A stretch of DNA of 64,000 nucleotides from an uncultured bacterium (lineage in GTDB: Bacteria; Actinomycetota; Geothermincolia; Geothermincolales; Geothermincolaceae), in the NCBI GenBank assembly GCA_963814495.1, contig CAWFDJ010000027.1, positions 32,691 to 96,690 of the forward strand, read 5' to 3'. The position numbers were made by a program, and so were the translations under genes. This document shows, piece by piece, positions 11,355 to 21,098 of the stretch. Under the pieces are notes generated by a model. It was not told the origin of the DNA. It worked only from the letters and a program-made list of their open reading frames with translations, and did no database searches. Each line of letters opens with the position of its first letter. The stretch's first letter is position 1.

Positions 11355-11759
11355 ATGGCGAAGTTCTTGAGCGATAAATGGCTGAAGGAGTGCAGGAAGA
11401 CCCTGCAGGACTCGGATGAGTTCAAGTCCGAGGCGAGGGACTTCTCCGGCGATTTCATCTTCTCCTTCGAGGCAGACGACGAACTCGCCAAGACCAAGCG
11501 CCTCTTCCTGTCCATCCACGGAGGCAACTGCGATGAGGCGGTCTTCCTCAACGGCGAGCCCTATCCCGACGCCGATTACCGCATCTCGGCCCCCTATTCC
11601 CTGTGGATGAGGATGATCAGGGGGGAGGAAGACGCTCTTGCGGCCTTCACCTCGCGCAAGGTCAAGATCAAGGGGAACATGCTCCGGCTGATGATGAACT
11701 CGGGCTCGGCCGTCGCCCTGGTCAAGGCCCTCGCCGGCGTCCCCATAGATTTCAACTGA
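11355..11759 (+). CDS. SCP2 sterol/lipid-binding domain protein
   Basis: FLSDKWL..., ADYRISAPYSLW..MIRGEEDALAAF...KVKIKGNMLRLM pattern; GGAG RBS. Confidence 0.8.
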   Translation: MAKFLSDKWLKECRKTLQDSDEFKSEARDFSGDFIFSFEADDELAKTKRLFLSIHGGNCDEAVFLNGEPYPDADYRISAPYSLWMRMIRGEEDALAAFTSRKVKIKGNMLRLMMNSGSAVALVKALAGVPIDFN

Positions 11760-11833
11760 TCCGCCCCTTTCCCCCGTCTGACGAAGGGAAAACAACCCTT
11801 CCAGCGAAGTGATAACCATGGAGGTGATGGACG

Positions 11834-12292
11834 ATGACATTCGGTAAAGATGACGACCAGGGCACGTACTCACAGGAGGGAACGGCGTACGTCCCGGACG
11901 CCGCGGGGACCGTCGAGGTCAAGCCCCTTGAGCCCAAGAAGCCGCACAAGAAGATCAGCTGGGTCACCGCCCTGGTGACCGGCCTGGTAGTGGTCTTCGT
12001 GGTGGCCGTGCTGCTGCTGGCGGTCCTCTTCACCAACTACCGGCGCGGCGCCAAGCTCTCCAAAGTGATGCACAATGCCGAGCGGGTGGAGGTAAACATC
12101 TACACCACCGAGGACGTCATGCGCGCAAACGGCGGGGACCTCTTCGAGTCCCAGGACCGGGTGCAGCAGGTCATCTCGGAGATGGGGGTATCCAAGGACG
12201 AGGTGGTGATCAAGATCGTCCTCACCGACAGGCCCGTCGAATCGACCACCACCCAGCAGGAGGTCGAACAGGAAGAGGAACAAGCGCCGTAG
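11834..12292 (+). CDS. Hypothetical single-pass membrane protein
   Basis: One long hydrophobic segment (ISWVTALVTGLVVVFVVAVLLLAVLF); GC-biased codon usage. Confidence 0.6.
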   Translation: MTFGKDDDQGTYSQEGTAYVPDAAGTVEVKPLEPKKPHKKISWVTALVTGLVVVFVVAVLLLAVLFTNYRRGAKLSKVMHNAERVEVNIYTTEDVMRANGGDLFESQDRVQQVISEMGVSKDEVVIKIVLTDRPVESTTTQQEVEQEEEQAP

Positions 12293-12310
12293 CGGGGTGC
12301 CGGCGTTCCC

Positions 12311-13138
12311 ATGACCACGGCCAACATCGCCTACGATTCCTTCGAGAAGTTCTACAACGGGCTGGTCGACAGGCTGCCCTCCATCCTCACCGCCCTGGTG
12401 GTCTTCGTGGTCTTCTACCTCGTCTCGAGGCTGGTCCGGGCGGGATCGCGCAAGGCCTTCTCCCGCCTCTCCACCACCGCCCACGTGGACGTGCTCGTCT
12501 CGCGCCTGCTCTCCTACCTGACCATCGGCACCGGCGTCATCATCGCCCTGGGCGTGCTGGGCATCAATATGGGCGCCCTCATCGCCTCGCTGGGCCTGAT
12601 CTCGGTGGGGCTGGGCTTCGCCATGAAGGACATCGTCAGCAACTTCCTGGCGGGCTTCATCCTCATCCTGCAGAAACCCTACCTGGTGGGCGACTCCATC
12701 GCGGTGGGAGAGGTCGAGGGCAAGGTGGAGGACATCCGCATCCGCGACACCGTCCTCAGGCGCCCCGACGGCCGCCTGGTCTTCGTGCCCAACAACAACA
12801 TCTTCACCTCCGCCGTCACCAACAACACGGCGTCCGGGCACCGGCGCAACGAATTCGTCCTGCCCCTGCCCTCCCGGGCCGACGCGGAGCGGGCCATCGG
12901 CCTGATCCCTTCGACCCTCGCGGGAGTGGAGGGGGTGCTGGCCGAGCCCGCGGTGGTGGCCGGGGTGGAGGAGGTGGAGTACGACCGGATGCTCCTGAAG
13001 GTCGTCTACTGGACGGAGATCGACGCCGACGCCTTCGAGGTGAAGACCCGGGCCATCCTGGCGCTCAAGAAGACGCTGGCCGAAGCCGGTTTCGATACCT
13101 GCGAGGCCGCGGGCCCGTCAGACCCGGCCGATGCGTAG
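12311..13138 (+). CDS. mscS: Small-conductance mechanosensitive channel (MscS family)
   Basis: GLGFAMKDIVSNFLAG, KPYLVGD.I, GKVEDIRIRDT, DGRLVFVPNN. Confidence 0.88.
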   Translation: MTTANIAYDSFEKFYNGLVDRLPSILTALVVFVVFYLVSRLVRAGSRKAFSRLSTTAHVDVLVSRLLSYLTIGTGVIIALGVLGINMGALIASLGLISVGLGFAMKDIVSNFLAGFILILQKPYLVGDSIAVGEVEGKVEDIRIRDTVLRRPDGRLVFVPNNNIFTSAVTNNTASGHRRNEFVLPLPSRADAERAIGLIPSTLAGVEGVLAEPAVVAGVEEVEYDRMLLKVVYWTEIDADAFEVKTRAILALKKTLAEAGFDTCEAAGPSDPADA

Positions 13139-13149
13139 GCGGGAACGGG

Positions 13150-13389
13150 TCAGCCCAGTTCCACCACCAGGCGGGTATCCGTGCCCTTGATGCCCTCGAC
13201 TGTATGGAGGTCTCCCAGGATGACCTCGCTGATCTTCCTGGCGTCATCGGCCTCCATCTCGATGATGAGGTCGTCCGGCCCGGTCAGGCAGTAGACCTCC
13301 TTCACGCCCTTCATCCCCTTGACAGCGCCCAGGGCGTCGCGGGTCTTGCCCGGCTCCACCTTGACCAGTATGAAAGCCTTCATCGTCAA
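13150..13389 (-). CDS. Stand-alone Lrp/AsnC ligand-binding domain protein
   Basis: KAFILVKVEPGK..VKEVYCLTGPDDLI..I..EGIKGTDT. Confidence 0.8.
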   Translation of the reverse strand: MTMKAFILVKVEPGKTRDALGAVKGMKGVKEVYCLTGPDDLIIEMEADDARKISEVILGDLHTVEGIKGTDTRLVVELG

Positions 13390-14141
13390 CCTCCTCCATG
13401 CCGCTTGCTCTCTTTCTCTCTATCTTCTTTCCCCGGGGCAGGGCCGCTCAAACGGCGGGCGATGAAGGAAGGTGGGAAGTAGGCCAGCTGGGCGCAGACG
13501 CCGGCCGCCAGGGATATGGCCCGGGAGACCACCAGCCCCGGGGCGGTCCTGAACACCAGGGTGCTCCAGGCCGCCACCACCAGGAAGTAGGCGGCGGATA
13601 TCAGGGCGATGCGGTAGCGGACCAGCCGGGAGTCCGAGGCCGGGAAGAGGTAGAACATGAAGCCCGCCAGGCTCGCCAGGGCCGGCAGCGACCCCACCAT
13701 GAAGAAGTAGGCGTTGAAGGCCTTGGAGGTGAAGTCCCAGGTGACCATCCACCCCAGGTCCAGCGCCTCTACCGGGATACCCATGACCAACCCCGTCCCC
13801 ACGGCGAAGAGGGCGACGGCGGCCGCCATCAGGTACTTGCTGAGCGCCCGGTTGCCCCAGAGCAGGTAACTGGCAAAATAGTAAAAGGGGATGATCACCG
13901 CCAGGGGGATGACGTAGGTGAGGTAGAAGAACTCCCGGGAGGCCGTGACCTGACCGTGGTCGTAGGCTATCTGGCCCGCGGCCACGCAGAGGTAGGACGC
14001 GCCGATGACGATCCAGGAGAAGCCGTACGAGAGCATGACGCGGTAGAGTTCCCGCGACTTCTCCCTTCCCTTGAGGATGTGATAGACCCCGACGCTGCAG
14101 AACAGCAGCGCGACAGCCAGGGCCGATAGGATGTTCAACAT
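13386..14141 (-). CDS. Multi-pass membrane protein of unknown function
   Basis: About 7 hydrophobic segments; its stop overlaps the start of the Lrp/AsnC gene. Confidence 0.6.
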   Translation of the reverse strand: MLNILSALAVALLFCSVGVYHILKGREKSRELYRVMLSYGFSWIVIGASYLCVAAGQIAYDHGQVTASREFFYLTYVIPLAVIIPFYYFASYLLWGNRALSKYLMAAAVALFAVGTGLVMGIPVEALDLGWMVTWDFTSKAFNAYFFMVGSLPALASLAGFMFYLFPASDSRLVRYRIALISAAYFLVVAAWSTLVFRTAPGLVVSRAISLAAGVCAQLAYFPPSFIARRLSGPAPGKEDREKESKRHGGG

Positions 14142-14302
14142 AGCGCCTCACCCGTCAGTGCCGGAACGGTCCCCGCCTCTTTATTAGAATGTACACGAAA
14201 ACGGGGCTGTTTATAAGGGCGCCGGCCGCCCGGGTATTTCCCGCTTGGAATTTCGAGCGAGGGGTGGTAACATGGTTTCTCGTATGAACAGGAGGTAGCG
14301 AG

Positions 14303-14491
14303 ATGTCCAAGATTTGCGAGGTATGCGGAAAACAGCCGAGTTTCGGCTTTAACGTGAGCCATTCGCACCGGAAGACCAAGCGCCGCTGGAACCCCAACAT
14401 CCAGCGGGTACGCACCGTGGTGAACGGGACGCCGCGCCGCGTCAACGTCTGCACCAAGTGCATGAAGGCCGGCAAGGTAGAGCGCGCCTGA
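14303..14491 (+). CDS. rpmB: 50S ribosomal protein L28 (Zn-binding CxxC form)
   Basis: [37 protein letters not shown]...VCTKCMK. Confidence 0.97.
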   Translation: MSKICEVCGKQPSFGFNVSHSHRKTKRRWNPNIQRVRTVVNGTPRRVNVCTKCMKAGKVERA

Positions 14492-14522
14492 AGCCTTCCG
14501 GCAACCGCAGAGAGTCTCGAGT

Positions 14523-14552
14523 GAGGCGGCTCCGGCCGCCTCCTTTCTTTTC
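14523..14552 (+). terminator. Intrinsic terminator after rpmB
   Basis: GAGGCGGC-TCCG-GCCGCCTC followed by CTTTCTTTT. Confidence 0.7.
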
Positions 14553-14687
14553 CCGGCCGCGCCGACGGGGCGGGCCCGGGCGCCGGACCGGCACCCCGGA
14601 GATTGGAAGATGCGCGTCGATGCTGTAAGATTTCCCTAGGTTGGAGACCCGTAACCCATTCCGTTTCCGTTGTCAGGGTGCTATCTT

Positions 14688-15796
14688 ATGGACTTTGTCG
14701 AGCGATACCAGGTGGTCGAGATGGTCGGCCGCGGCGCCATGGGTGAGGTGTGGCTGGCCGAGGACCGGAAGCTGAAGAGGAAGGTGGCCCTGAAATTCCT
14801 CACCCTCTCCCCCGCCCTCTCCCGGTCCGAGCAGGCCGAGGCGGTGGAGCGCTTCTACAGGGAGGCCCAGGCCGCCGCCCGCCTGGCCCAGCACAACATC
14901 GTGATAATCCACGACGTCGACGAGATCGACGGGCGCCACTTCATCTCCATGGAGTTCCTGGAGGGTGAGACCCTGGACGAGGTCATCGCCCGGGGGCCGC
15001 AGCCGGTCGAGCGGGCGGCGGACGTCACTGCCCAGGTGGCCGACGCCCTGGCCTACGCCCATTCCCAGGGGATAGTGCACCGGGACGTCAAGCCGGAGAA
15101 CATCTTCCTGCTCTCGAGCGGCACCATCAAGGTGACGGATTTCGGCATCGCCAGGGTGACGGGGTCCTCCACCATGACCCAGGCGGGCACGGTGATGGGC
15201 ACCCCCGGATACATGAGCCCCGAGCAGGTGCGGGGGGAGACGGCGGACCGGCGCTCCGACATCTTCTCAACGGGCGTGGTCCTCTACGAGCTGCTCTCCG
15301 GGGTCAAGGCCTTCGACGCCGACTCCCTCCACTCGGTGCTGTACAAGGTGGTCAACGAGCCGCCGGCCCCGCTCGCTTCCCTCCGCCCCGACCTGCCCGA
15401 ATGGATCGTGGGGGTGGTGGAGCGGGCGACGGACAAGGACCCCGGCTCCCGCTACCAGGATGCCTCGGAAATGGCCCGGGACCTGCGCTCGCATTCGCTC
15501 TCCGCCGCTCTCAGCGCGGCCGGCGCGAGCCCGGCTCCTTCCGCGCCCCCGGACGGCCCGGCACCCGGGCATGCCAGGGCCAAACCCCGCCGCGGCTTCT
15601 GTACGGGCTGCGGCAAGGCGCTCAAGGACGGCCTGAACTTCTGCACCAAATGCGGTAAGCCCGTCAAGAGCGCCGGGGAGGAAGAGCCCGCGAAGGCGGG
15701 AGGGCCGGCAAGCCGCCCAAGGTCTTCTGCACCGCCTGCGGCACGCCCCTGAAGCAGGACGGGGAGTTCTGTACCGCCTGCGGACGCAAGGCCTGA
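14688..15796 (+). CDS. Hanks-type Ser/Thr protein kinase with C-terminal double zinc ribbons (frameshift ~15720)
   Basis: GRGAMGEV, VALK, HRDVKPEN, DFG and GTPGYMSPEQ. FCTGCG..NFCTKCG, then after the shift FCTACG..EFCTACG to the TGA at 15796. Confidence 0.88.
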
Positions 15797-15932
15797 GCCG
15801 GGTTACCCGGCCCGATTGTCTATTCAGGGAATGTCGCACCTCGGGGATTATGTTAAGTTATGACTGCAAGTAAGGGGGTAAGGTCAGATGGAGAAGGCAT
15901 GTCCGTAAAGTTGGTGGCATATGGGTAAACAA

Positions 15933-16490
15933 ATGGCGGATTTATGCCCGAATTGCGGGAGGTCGACCCTGGTCATACTTTCTGCGGCCATTGTGGTACA
16001 CCTGTGTCATCAACAGCTGCGGAGGCTGTTGAGTATCCGATCGAGCGCCCTAAAGCTATCCTCCTGCCCAACCTCATGCAGCTCCTCCCCAGCCCTATCA
16101 ATATGGACCTCCCGAGCCCTATCAATATGGACCTCCACAATATGCACCTCCGTCCCCCACAACAGACCGTAGTTGTTCACAACAAAATCGTGAACAGGAG
16201 CAGCGGTGCGGGTTGTCTCATAGCATTGATTATCGGTTATTGCCATCGCACTAACTGCATGCTGGCTTATTAATGCGGTAGTTTCCGACATGGATGATAT
16301 CAACGACTATTCGCCCAATTCAGTCAAGCCCGACATATTGCGATCGATCGACTGTTCCGCGACGACATACATTGCAGAAACAGGGGAAGGCCCTAAGTCA
16401 ATATCAATAGAAGAATTTACCCCAGACCACCTATTCTCTTTATCATCCTTTTCAACGGAACCTCCGAGGGTGGTAGCAATGCCCTCTTAA
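15933..16490 (+). CDS. Zinc-ribbon / Pro-Gln-Tyr-rich / membrane protein, broken by several indels
   Basis: CPNCG..FCGHCGTPV, a 24-bp tandem repeat reading QYGPPEPYQYGPPQYAP in an alternative frame, and a GCLIALII TM segment. AT-richer than flanks. Confidence 0.5.
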
Positions 16491-16614
16491 ATAAGGGCTT
16501 CGTTCTCGAGTCAAAGCCGTTAAGGGGGTTCGCGGGATATGCAAACCCCTGCGCGCGATCTGCGTAATATCAGGCGGCGTCGGGAGGCCGTCAGGCGGAC
16601 CTCCCAACCGTTGG

Positions 16615-16900
16615 ATGAACCGGGTCTTCGGCAGCGCCTGGGAGCTTGACCCCCGCACCGGCCAGTATCATTACCACGCCTTCTTACGCTGCCAGCCCGA
16701 CCTCGACTGGCGCAACCACGAGGTGAGGGAAGCCATGTTCGAGACGGCCCGCTTCTGGCTGGACCGGGGGGTGGACGGCTTCCTCCTGGACCTGGTCAAC
16801 CACCTGGTGGAGGACGACCGTCTGCGTGACAACCCGTGTCGCAATCCCGCGGGGATTCCGGGTGTCCAGCAACTGGTCCCCTACGAGTGGCAGGAGCACG
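16615..16900 (+). pseudogene. Internal fragment of a GH13 alpha-glucosidase/amylase
   Basis: SAWELDPRTGQYHYHAF..QPDLDWRN.EVREAM....FWLDRGVDGF.LD. The N- and C-terminal domains are absent. Confidence 0.75.
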
Positions 16901-18256
16901 ATTTCTCTACGGGACCGGGCGCCCCGAGACCCACCAGGTCCTGCGGGAACTGCCTATCTCGCCATTTCAGTCGTTCTCTTCCTGCTGCTCCTCCCACTAA
17001 TCATAGAAAAGGGACGGAGGAGTACCCCGAGCGGGTGCTGGTGGGCGGAAGGCGGCCACCTTCGACATTCATACGCGAAGCCGCTCTTGACGTGGCCTAC
17101 TTCAGGACGGATGCGAGTGCCGGTTTATACGAGACACTCTGATCTGCTGGCCCATGGTCTTCAACTTGGGACTGTACTTGACCTGCTGCCCCGTCTCAGC
17201 GCAGGCGTGGCGGAGGGCGGTGGTGCACCGGTGGAAGCGGGCTGCTGCCCGAGCGACGCCTGCCTTTACTCCGCCTGGCCCTCTCGCAACCATGACCAGC
17301 CCCCACAAGGACATGCGATGCCGCCCGCCTGGTGCGTACCCTCAGACCCGCCAAGCTCAAGCTCCGGGCTACGCCGCCTCGCGCTTCGCGCGGTACCTGG
17401 CGTGCGCTTGTCCCAACTGCATGCCTCAACAGCTGCCGGAGCGCGCCTTTCCTCCAAGTGCGGACCGAGGAGATCGAATGCATACTGCCCGAAGCGCGCC
17501 GGTGTAGGCCATGGGGGGTGCTGTTTGCCGTCTTAACCAAGGGGGGTCGCATTTCGCCTAGGGCCACTATCCAGGAGGGGGATTATTGTGCCGCACTCGC
17601 TCACGCTGCGGTAAAGAATCCACGAGGCCGGGGCAGCGTTCAGCAATTCCGGCGTGCTCCCTGTGCTCAACTGCTCCAGCGGCCGGTGCCCACGGAGGGC
17701 GGCGCGGCCGAGCAGGAGCGCGATCCCCTAGAACCTCATCCTGCTCAACTGCATCAGCCGCGAGCTCATCCGCCTGCGCCGGCCTACGGCCGGCACTACC
17801 GCCTCGGTGAGCAGCATCCCGTACGAGCGGGTATGGCCACGGGTGCTGCCTGTGGTGGCAGGGATCTCGGATAGGTTTGTGGTGGCGACGCCGTGCTGGT
17901 CTTCTTCAGCGCCCGGTAAGCGCCGAGGTAGGCGGCTGCAGGACAACCTACGCACCATCGACTCGGGCGTCATGACCTACAGCGCGGCGACCGGAGGTTC
18001 CTACCCGCTACCTTCAAGGCATTGGTCCCCAATTATCTGAGGGAGGGCCTGTCGCCCGGCGGGAGGGCACTACACCCTCTCGAAAACAACTCCGCCAGGG
18101 CTGTCTGCCCAACGGGCACACGTACTAGAGTCGCGGACCCGACGCCCGTCATAACGTCGGGGAGAGACTGATATGTTAATATCTAAGCACCATAGTATCA
18201 AATCCAAGCGAGCAAAGCGCCAGGATAATAGATATTATCAGGTCAAAGTAGGTTTT

Positions 18257-18331
18257 GCCGGTGTAGCTCAACGGTAGAGCAATCGCCTTGTAAGCGATAG
18301 GTTGGAGGTTCGATTCCTCTCACCGGCTCCA
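18257..18331 (+). tRNA. tRNA-Thr(TGT)
   Basis: GCCGGTG/CACCGGC acceptor stem, anticodon arm ATCGC-CTTGTAA-GCGAT, GGTTCGATTCC T-arm, encoded CCA. Confidence 0.97.
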
Positions 18332-18334
18332 AAC

Positions 18335-18365
18335 AAAAGGGCGAGACGGACGTCTCGCCCTTTTT
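18335..18365. terminator. Bidirectional intrinsic terminator
   Basis: AAAAGGGCGAGAC-GGAC-GTCTCGCCCTTTTT between tRNA-Thr and the convergent radical SAM gene. Confidence 0.85.
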
Positions 18366-18377
18366 CAATACGCGCGC

Positions 18378-19604
18378 TATCAGGCGGTGGCCTGCTCTGT
18401 CCTTCCCCTTCTCGGCCAGCTCGCGCCAGACCGGGTCGATCAGCTCGATGGGATAGGGCAGTTCCACGCCCTCGGGGATGTTGTGGATGTACTTGCGCCG
18501 GAACTCCGGGTCCTGCATGCGGCAGGTCATGGTCTTGCGGTCGTACTCGGGGTGCAGCTTCATGCGGTTCCAGATGTCGGCCAGGGGCTCGTCCTTGACG
18601 TTCCCGAAGTGCAGCGGGTTGAAGTCGCAGGGGGTCACGTAGCCGTTGTGGGTCATGTGGATCTGCCACTTGACGCCGAAGCACCCCATGATGCTGGTGT
18701 TGTTGACGTGGGCCATGTAGCAGACCCGCGGGCCCTTGCCGTTCTTCCACTGCCCCTCGTGAATCTTGCAGATCTCGTCGCGCTCGTCATCGGTGAGGAT
18801 GAGGTCGTCGTTCTTGATCAGCTTGCCCGTGGGGACCAGGTCGAAGATGGTCAGCTCGTGGATGCCCAGCTCGTCGGCGAGGTCGAGGTACTTGTGGTGG
18901 TAGTCCTTGCGCAACTGGTCCCGGCCCATGTAGGTGGAGAGCCCCACGCACATGTCCATATCCACCGCCCGCCGGATGCCCTCGGTCACCGTATCGTAGA
19001 GGCCGGTCACGCCGCGCAGGACGTCGTGCTCCTCCGCGTAGGGGCTGTCCAGGCTGACGAACATGGTGTCGCAGCCCGCGTTGCGGAGCATCCTGAGGTT
19101 CTCCTCGGTGAGCAGGGACCCGTTGGTGAACAGGTCGGCCACGCAGCCGTTGTCCACGATGCGCTTGACGATGACCCCCAGGTCGGGGTGGAGCAGCGGC
19201 TCGCCCCCGGTGATGATGAGGTCGGTCATGCCCATGGCGGCGCACTGGTCCACCACCGAGCACCACTGCTCGGTGGTGAGGGTGTCGGTGGGGTTGCGGC
19301 GGTAGGCCGAGCAGTGGACGCAGCGGGCGTTGCACTGCGAGGTGATGGCCATGGTGATGGCGTGGGGCGCCCAGTCGCGCCCCAGCCCGCGGTTGATGAT
19401 GTTTTTGTAGAAGTTCTGGTAAGCCTGGGATTTCACCGGCGGCAGGTGGTAGGTGTACCTGTCGGAGCGGGCGAACTTGATGAAGGGGAAGTGCGGGCCG
19501 ATGTTCTTGAGGATCCACCCGCCGGCCACCATGAACATGGGGAAGGTGGGGGGGCCCAGGGTCTTGTAGAAATTCCTCTGCATTCTGCGTATTGCTGTAG
19601 CCAT
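18378..19604 (-). CDS. Radical SAM protein with a Twitch/SPASM-like C-terminus (true end probably ~18380)
   Basis: CNARCVHC, ITGGEPLL, FTNG, VSLDS, GC..WQIHMTHNGYVTPCDF..FGNV. The ORF-track extension through the tRNA is probably an indel artefact. Confidence 0.85.
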
Positions 19605-19723
19605 TGCTGCCTATGAGCTCCTTTCGCTACCTCGGTCCCGGACCGTATCTATATGCATACCTGTCCATGGTAACATAATATTTCGGTAAGGTGATTGATG
19701 CCCTTTAGCAACCCAGCCGGGAG

Positions 19724-20236
19724 TCATTCGAAGCGCAGCTCGTCCAGGAGCAGGCGTACCTCCTCGGGCACGCGCTCCTCCAGGCGCGGCGGGCGTTGCC
19801 GGTCCCGCAGGTGCCCCGATTCCTCCTCGATCTCGGACCGCGCGCGGCCTCGACTTCCCGCGCCAGCGCCTCCGCGCTCCACACCGCGGCCCCGTGAAAC
19901 CAGGCCACGTCGCGCTCGGCGCGGTCGCCGGTGGCCACGCTGACCTCGAACTTCCCCGCCAGGCGGCGGACCAGTTCCTCGATGAGGGCGTCGGCGGTCT
20001 GACCCTTGCCTGTGTACATGACCTTGAGGCCGCGGTCCTCCTCCACCTGCAGGGACGGGCGGCCGGCCGCGGCCGCGTCGAAGACCACCACCACCTGGAA
20101 GGCCCCCAGGTCCGCCAGGGGCGCCAGGGCGCGCGACCAGGGCGTCGCGCGCGTCCTCCAGTTTCCTCTCGAGTATGGCGGCCAGGTGAGGCCAGGCGTG
20201 GATGATGTTGTAGCCGTCCACCAGCAGGACCCTCAA
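19724..20236 (-). CDS. yacP: NYN-domain ribonuclease, YacP/Rae1 family (frameshifted)
   Basis: LLVDGYNIIHAW, VVVVFDA, GQTADALIE, VATGD. The TTG start overlaps the rlmB stop. Confidence 0.8.
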   Translation of the reverse strand: MRVLLVDGYNIIHAWPHLAAILERKLEDARDALVARPGAPGGPGGLPGGGGLRRGRGRPPVPAGGGGPRPQGHVHRQGSDRRRPHRGTGPPPGGEVRGQRGHRRPRRARRGLVSRGRGVERGGAGAGSRGRARSEIEEESGHLRDRQRPPRLEERVPEEVRLLLDELRFE

Positions 20237-20976
20237 ACCGCGCTCCTCTGCCGGATGGCCTCGAAGAGCATGACGGCGGTGGCCGCCCCGACGTTGAGGG
20301 AGGAGATCCTGCCGCGCATGGGGATGCGCACCAGCAGGTCGCAGTGCTCCTTGACCAGGCGGGAGATGCCGCGGTGCTCCGCCCCCATCACCAGGGCCAT
20401 CCTCCCGGAGAGGTCGGCTTCGTAGCAGGTCTGGGTGGCATATCCGTCCGTTCCCACCACCCAGAAGCCGGACTGCTTGAGCTCGCCGATGACCGCGGTG
20501 AGGTTGGGCACGGTGCATATCCTCACGTGCTCCACCGCGCCGCTGGCCACGTGGGCCACGGTGGGGGTGACGGGCGCGGCGCGGTGGCGGGGGAGGATGA
20601 TGGCGTAGACCCCGGCCGCCTCGGCGGAGCGGATGATGCCCCCCAGGTTCTGGGGGTCGGTCACCCCGTCCAGCAGCAGGAGCAGGGGCGGCTCGTCCTC
20701 CAGGACCATCTGGTCCTGCAGCTTGTGGAAACCGATGTAGCGGAAGGGTTCCAGGCGGAGGATGACCCCCTGGTTGTTCTCGGTCTTGGCCAGGCGGTCC
20801 AGTTCCTCGCGGGGCATGTTGACCACGGGCACCTTGCAGCGCCTGGCCAGCTTGACGATCTCCGCCAGGGCGCGGTCCTCCTTCAGGGACTTGGAGATGA
20901 GCAACTCGTACGCGGAGCGATTGCCCCTCAAGGCCTCCAGTACCGAGTTCTTGCCCTCTATCTGTTCGTATTTCAT
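20233..20976 (-). CDS. rlmB: 23S rRNA G2251 2'-O-methyltransferase
   Basis: IEGKNSVLEAL, NNQGV, DGVTDPQNLG, GAEHRG, IPMRGRISSLNV. Confidence 0.95.
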   Translation of the reverse strand: MKYEQIEGKNSVLEALRGNRSAYELLISKSLKEDRALAEIVKLARRCKVPVVNMPREELDRLAKTENNQGVILRLEPFRYIGFHKLQDQMVLEDEPPLLLLLDGVTDPQNLGGIIRSAEAAGVYAIILPRHRAAPVTPTVAHVASGAVEHVRICTVPNLTAVIGELKQSGFWVVGTDGYATQTCYEADLSGRMALVMGAEHRGISRLVKEHCDLLVRIPMRGRISSLNVGAATAVMLFEAIRQRSAV

Positions 20977-21098
20977 GGGGACAATGATAGCACACGGGCT
21001 AAGCGCCCATCGTGGACGACCCTGGAAGTTGCTAGAATAGGTTGCAGGATGTGCACATCAACCTGGATAAAGGAAAGGCTGGCGACGGGGGCAGCGAG

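Noticed and set aside
16526-16605. Riboswitch or ncRNA in two adjacent hairpins
   Set aside because: No aptamer consensus I recognise. A covariance search would be needed.
15800-18331. tRNA-anchored genomic island
   Set aside because: The odd region lies 5' of the tRNA. No integrase and no duplicated tRNA 3' end were seen.
18243-18377. Radical SAM ORF running antisense through tRNA-Thr
   Set aside because: It crosses a terminator and a tRNA. A one-base shift in the GGGG run gives TGA TAG just before the terminator.
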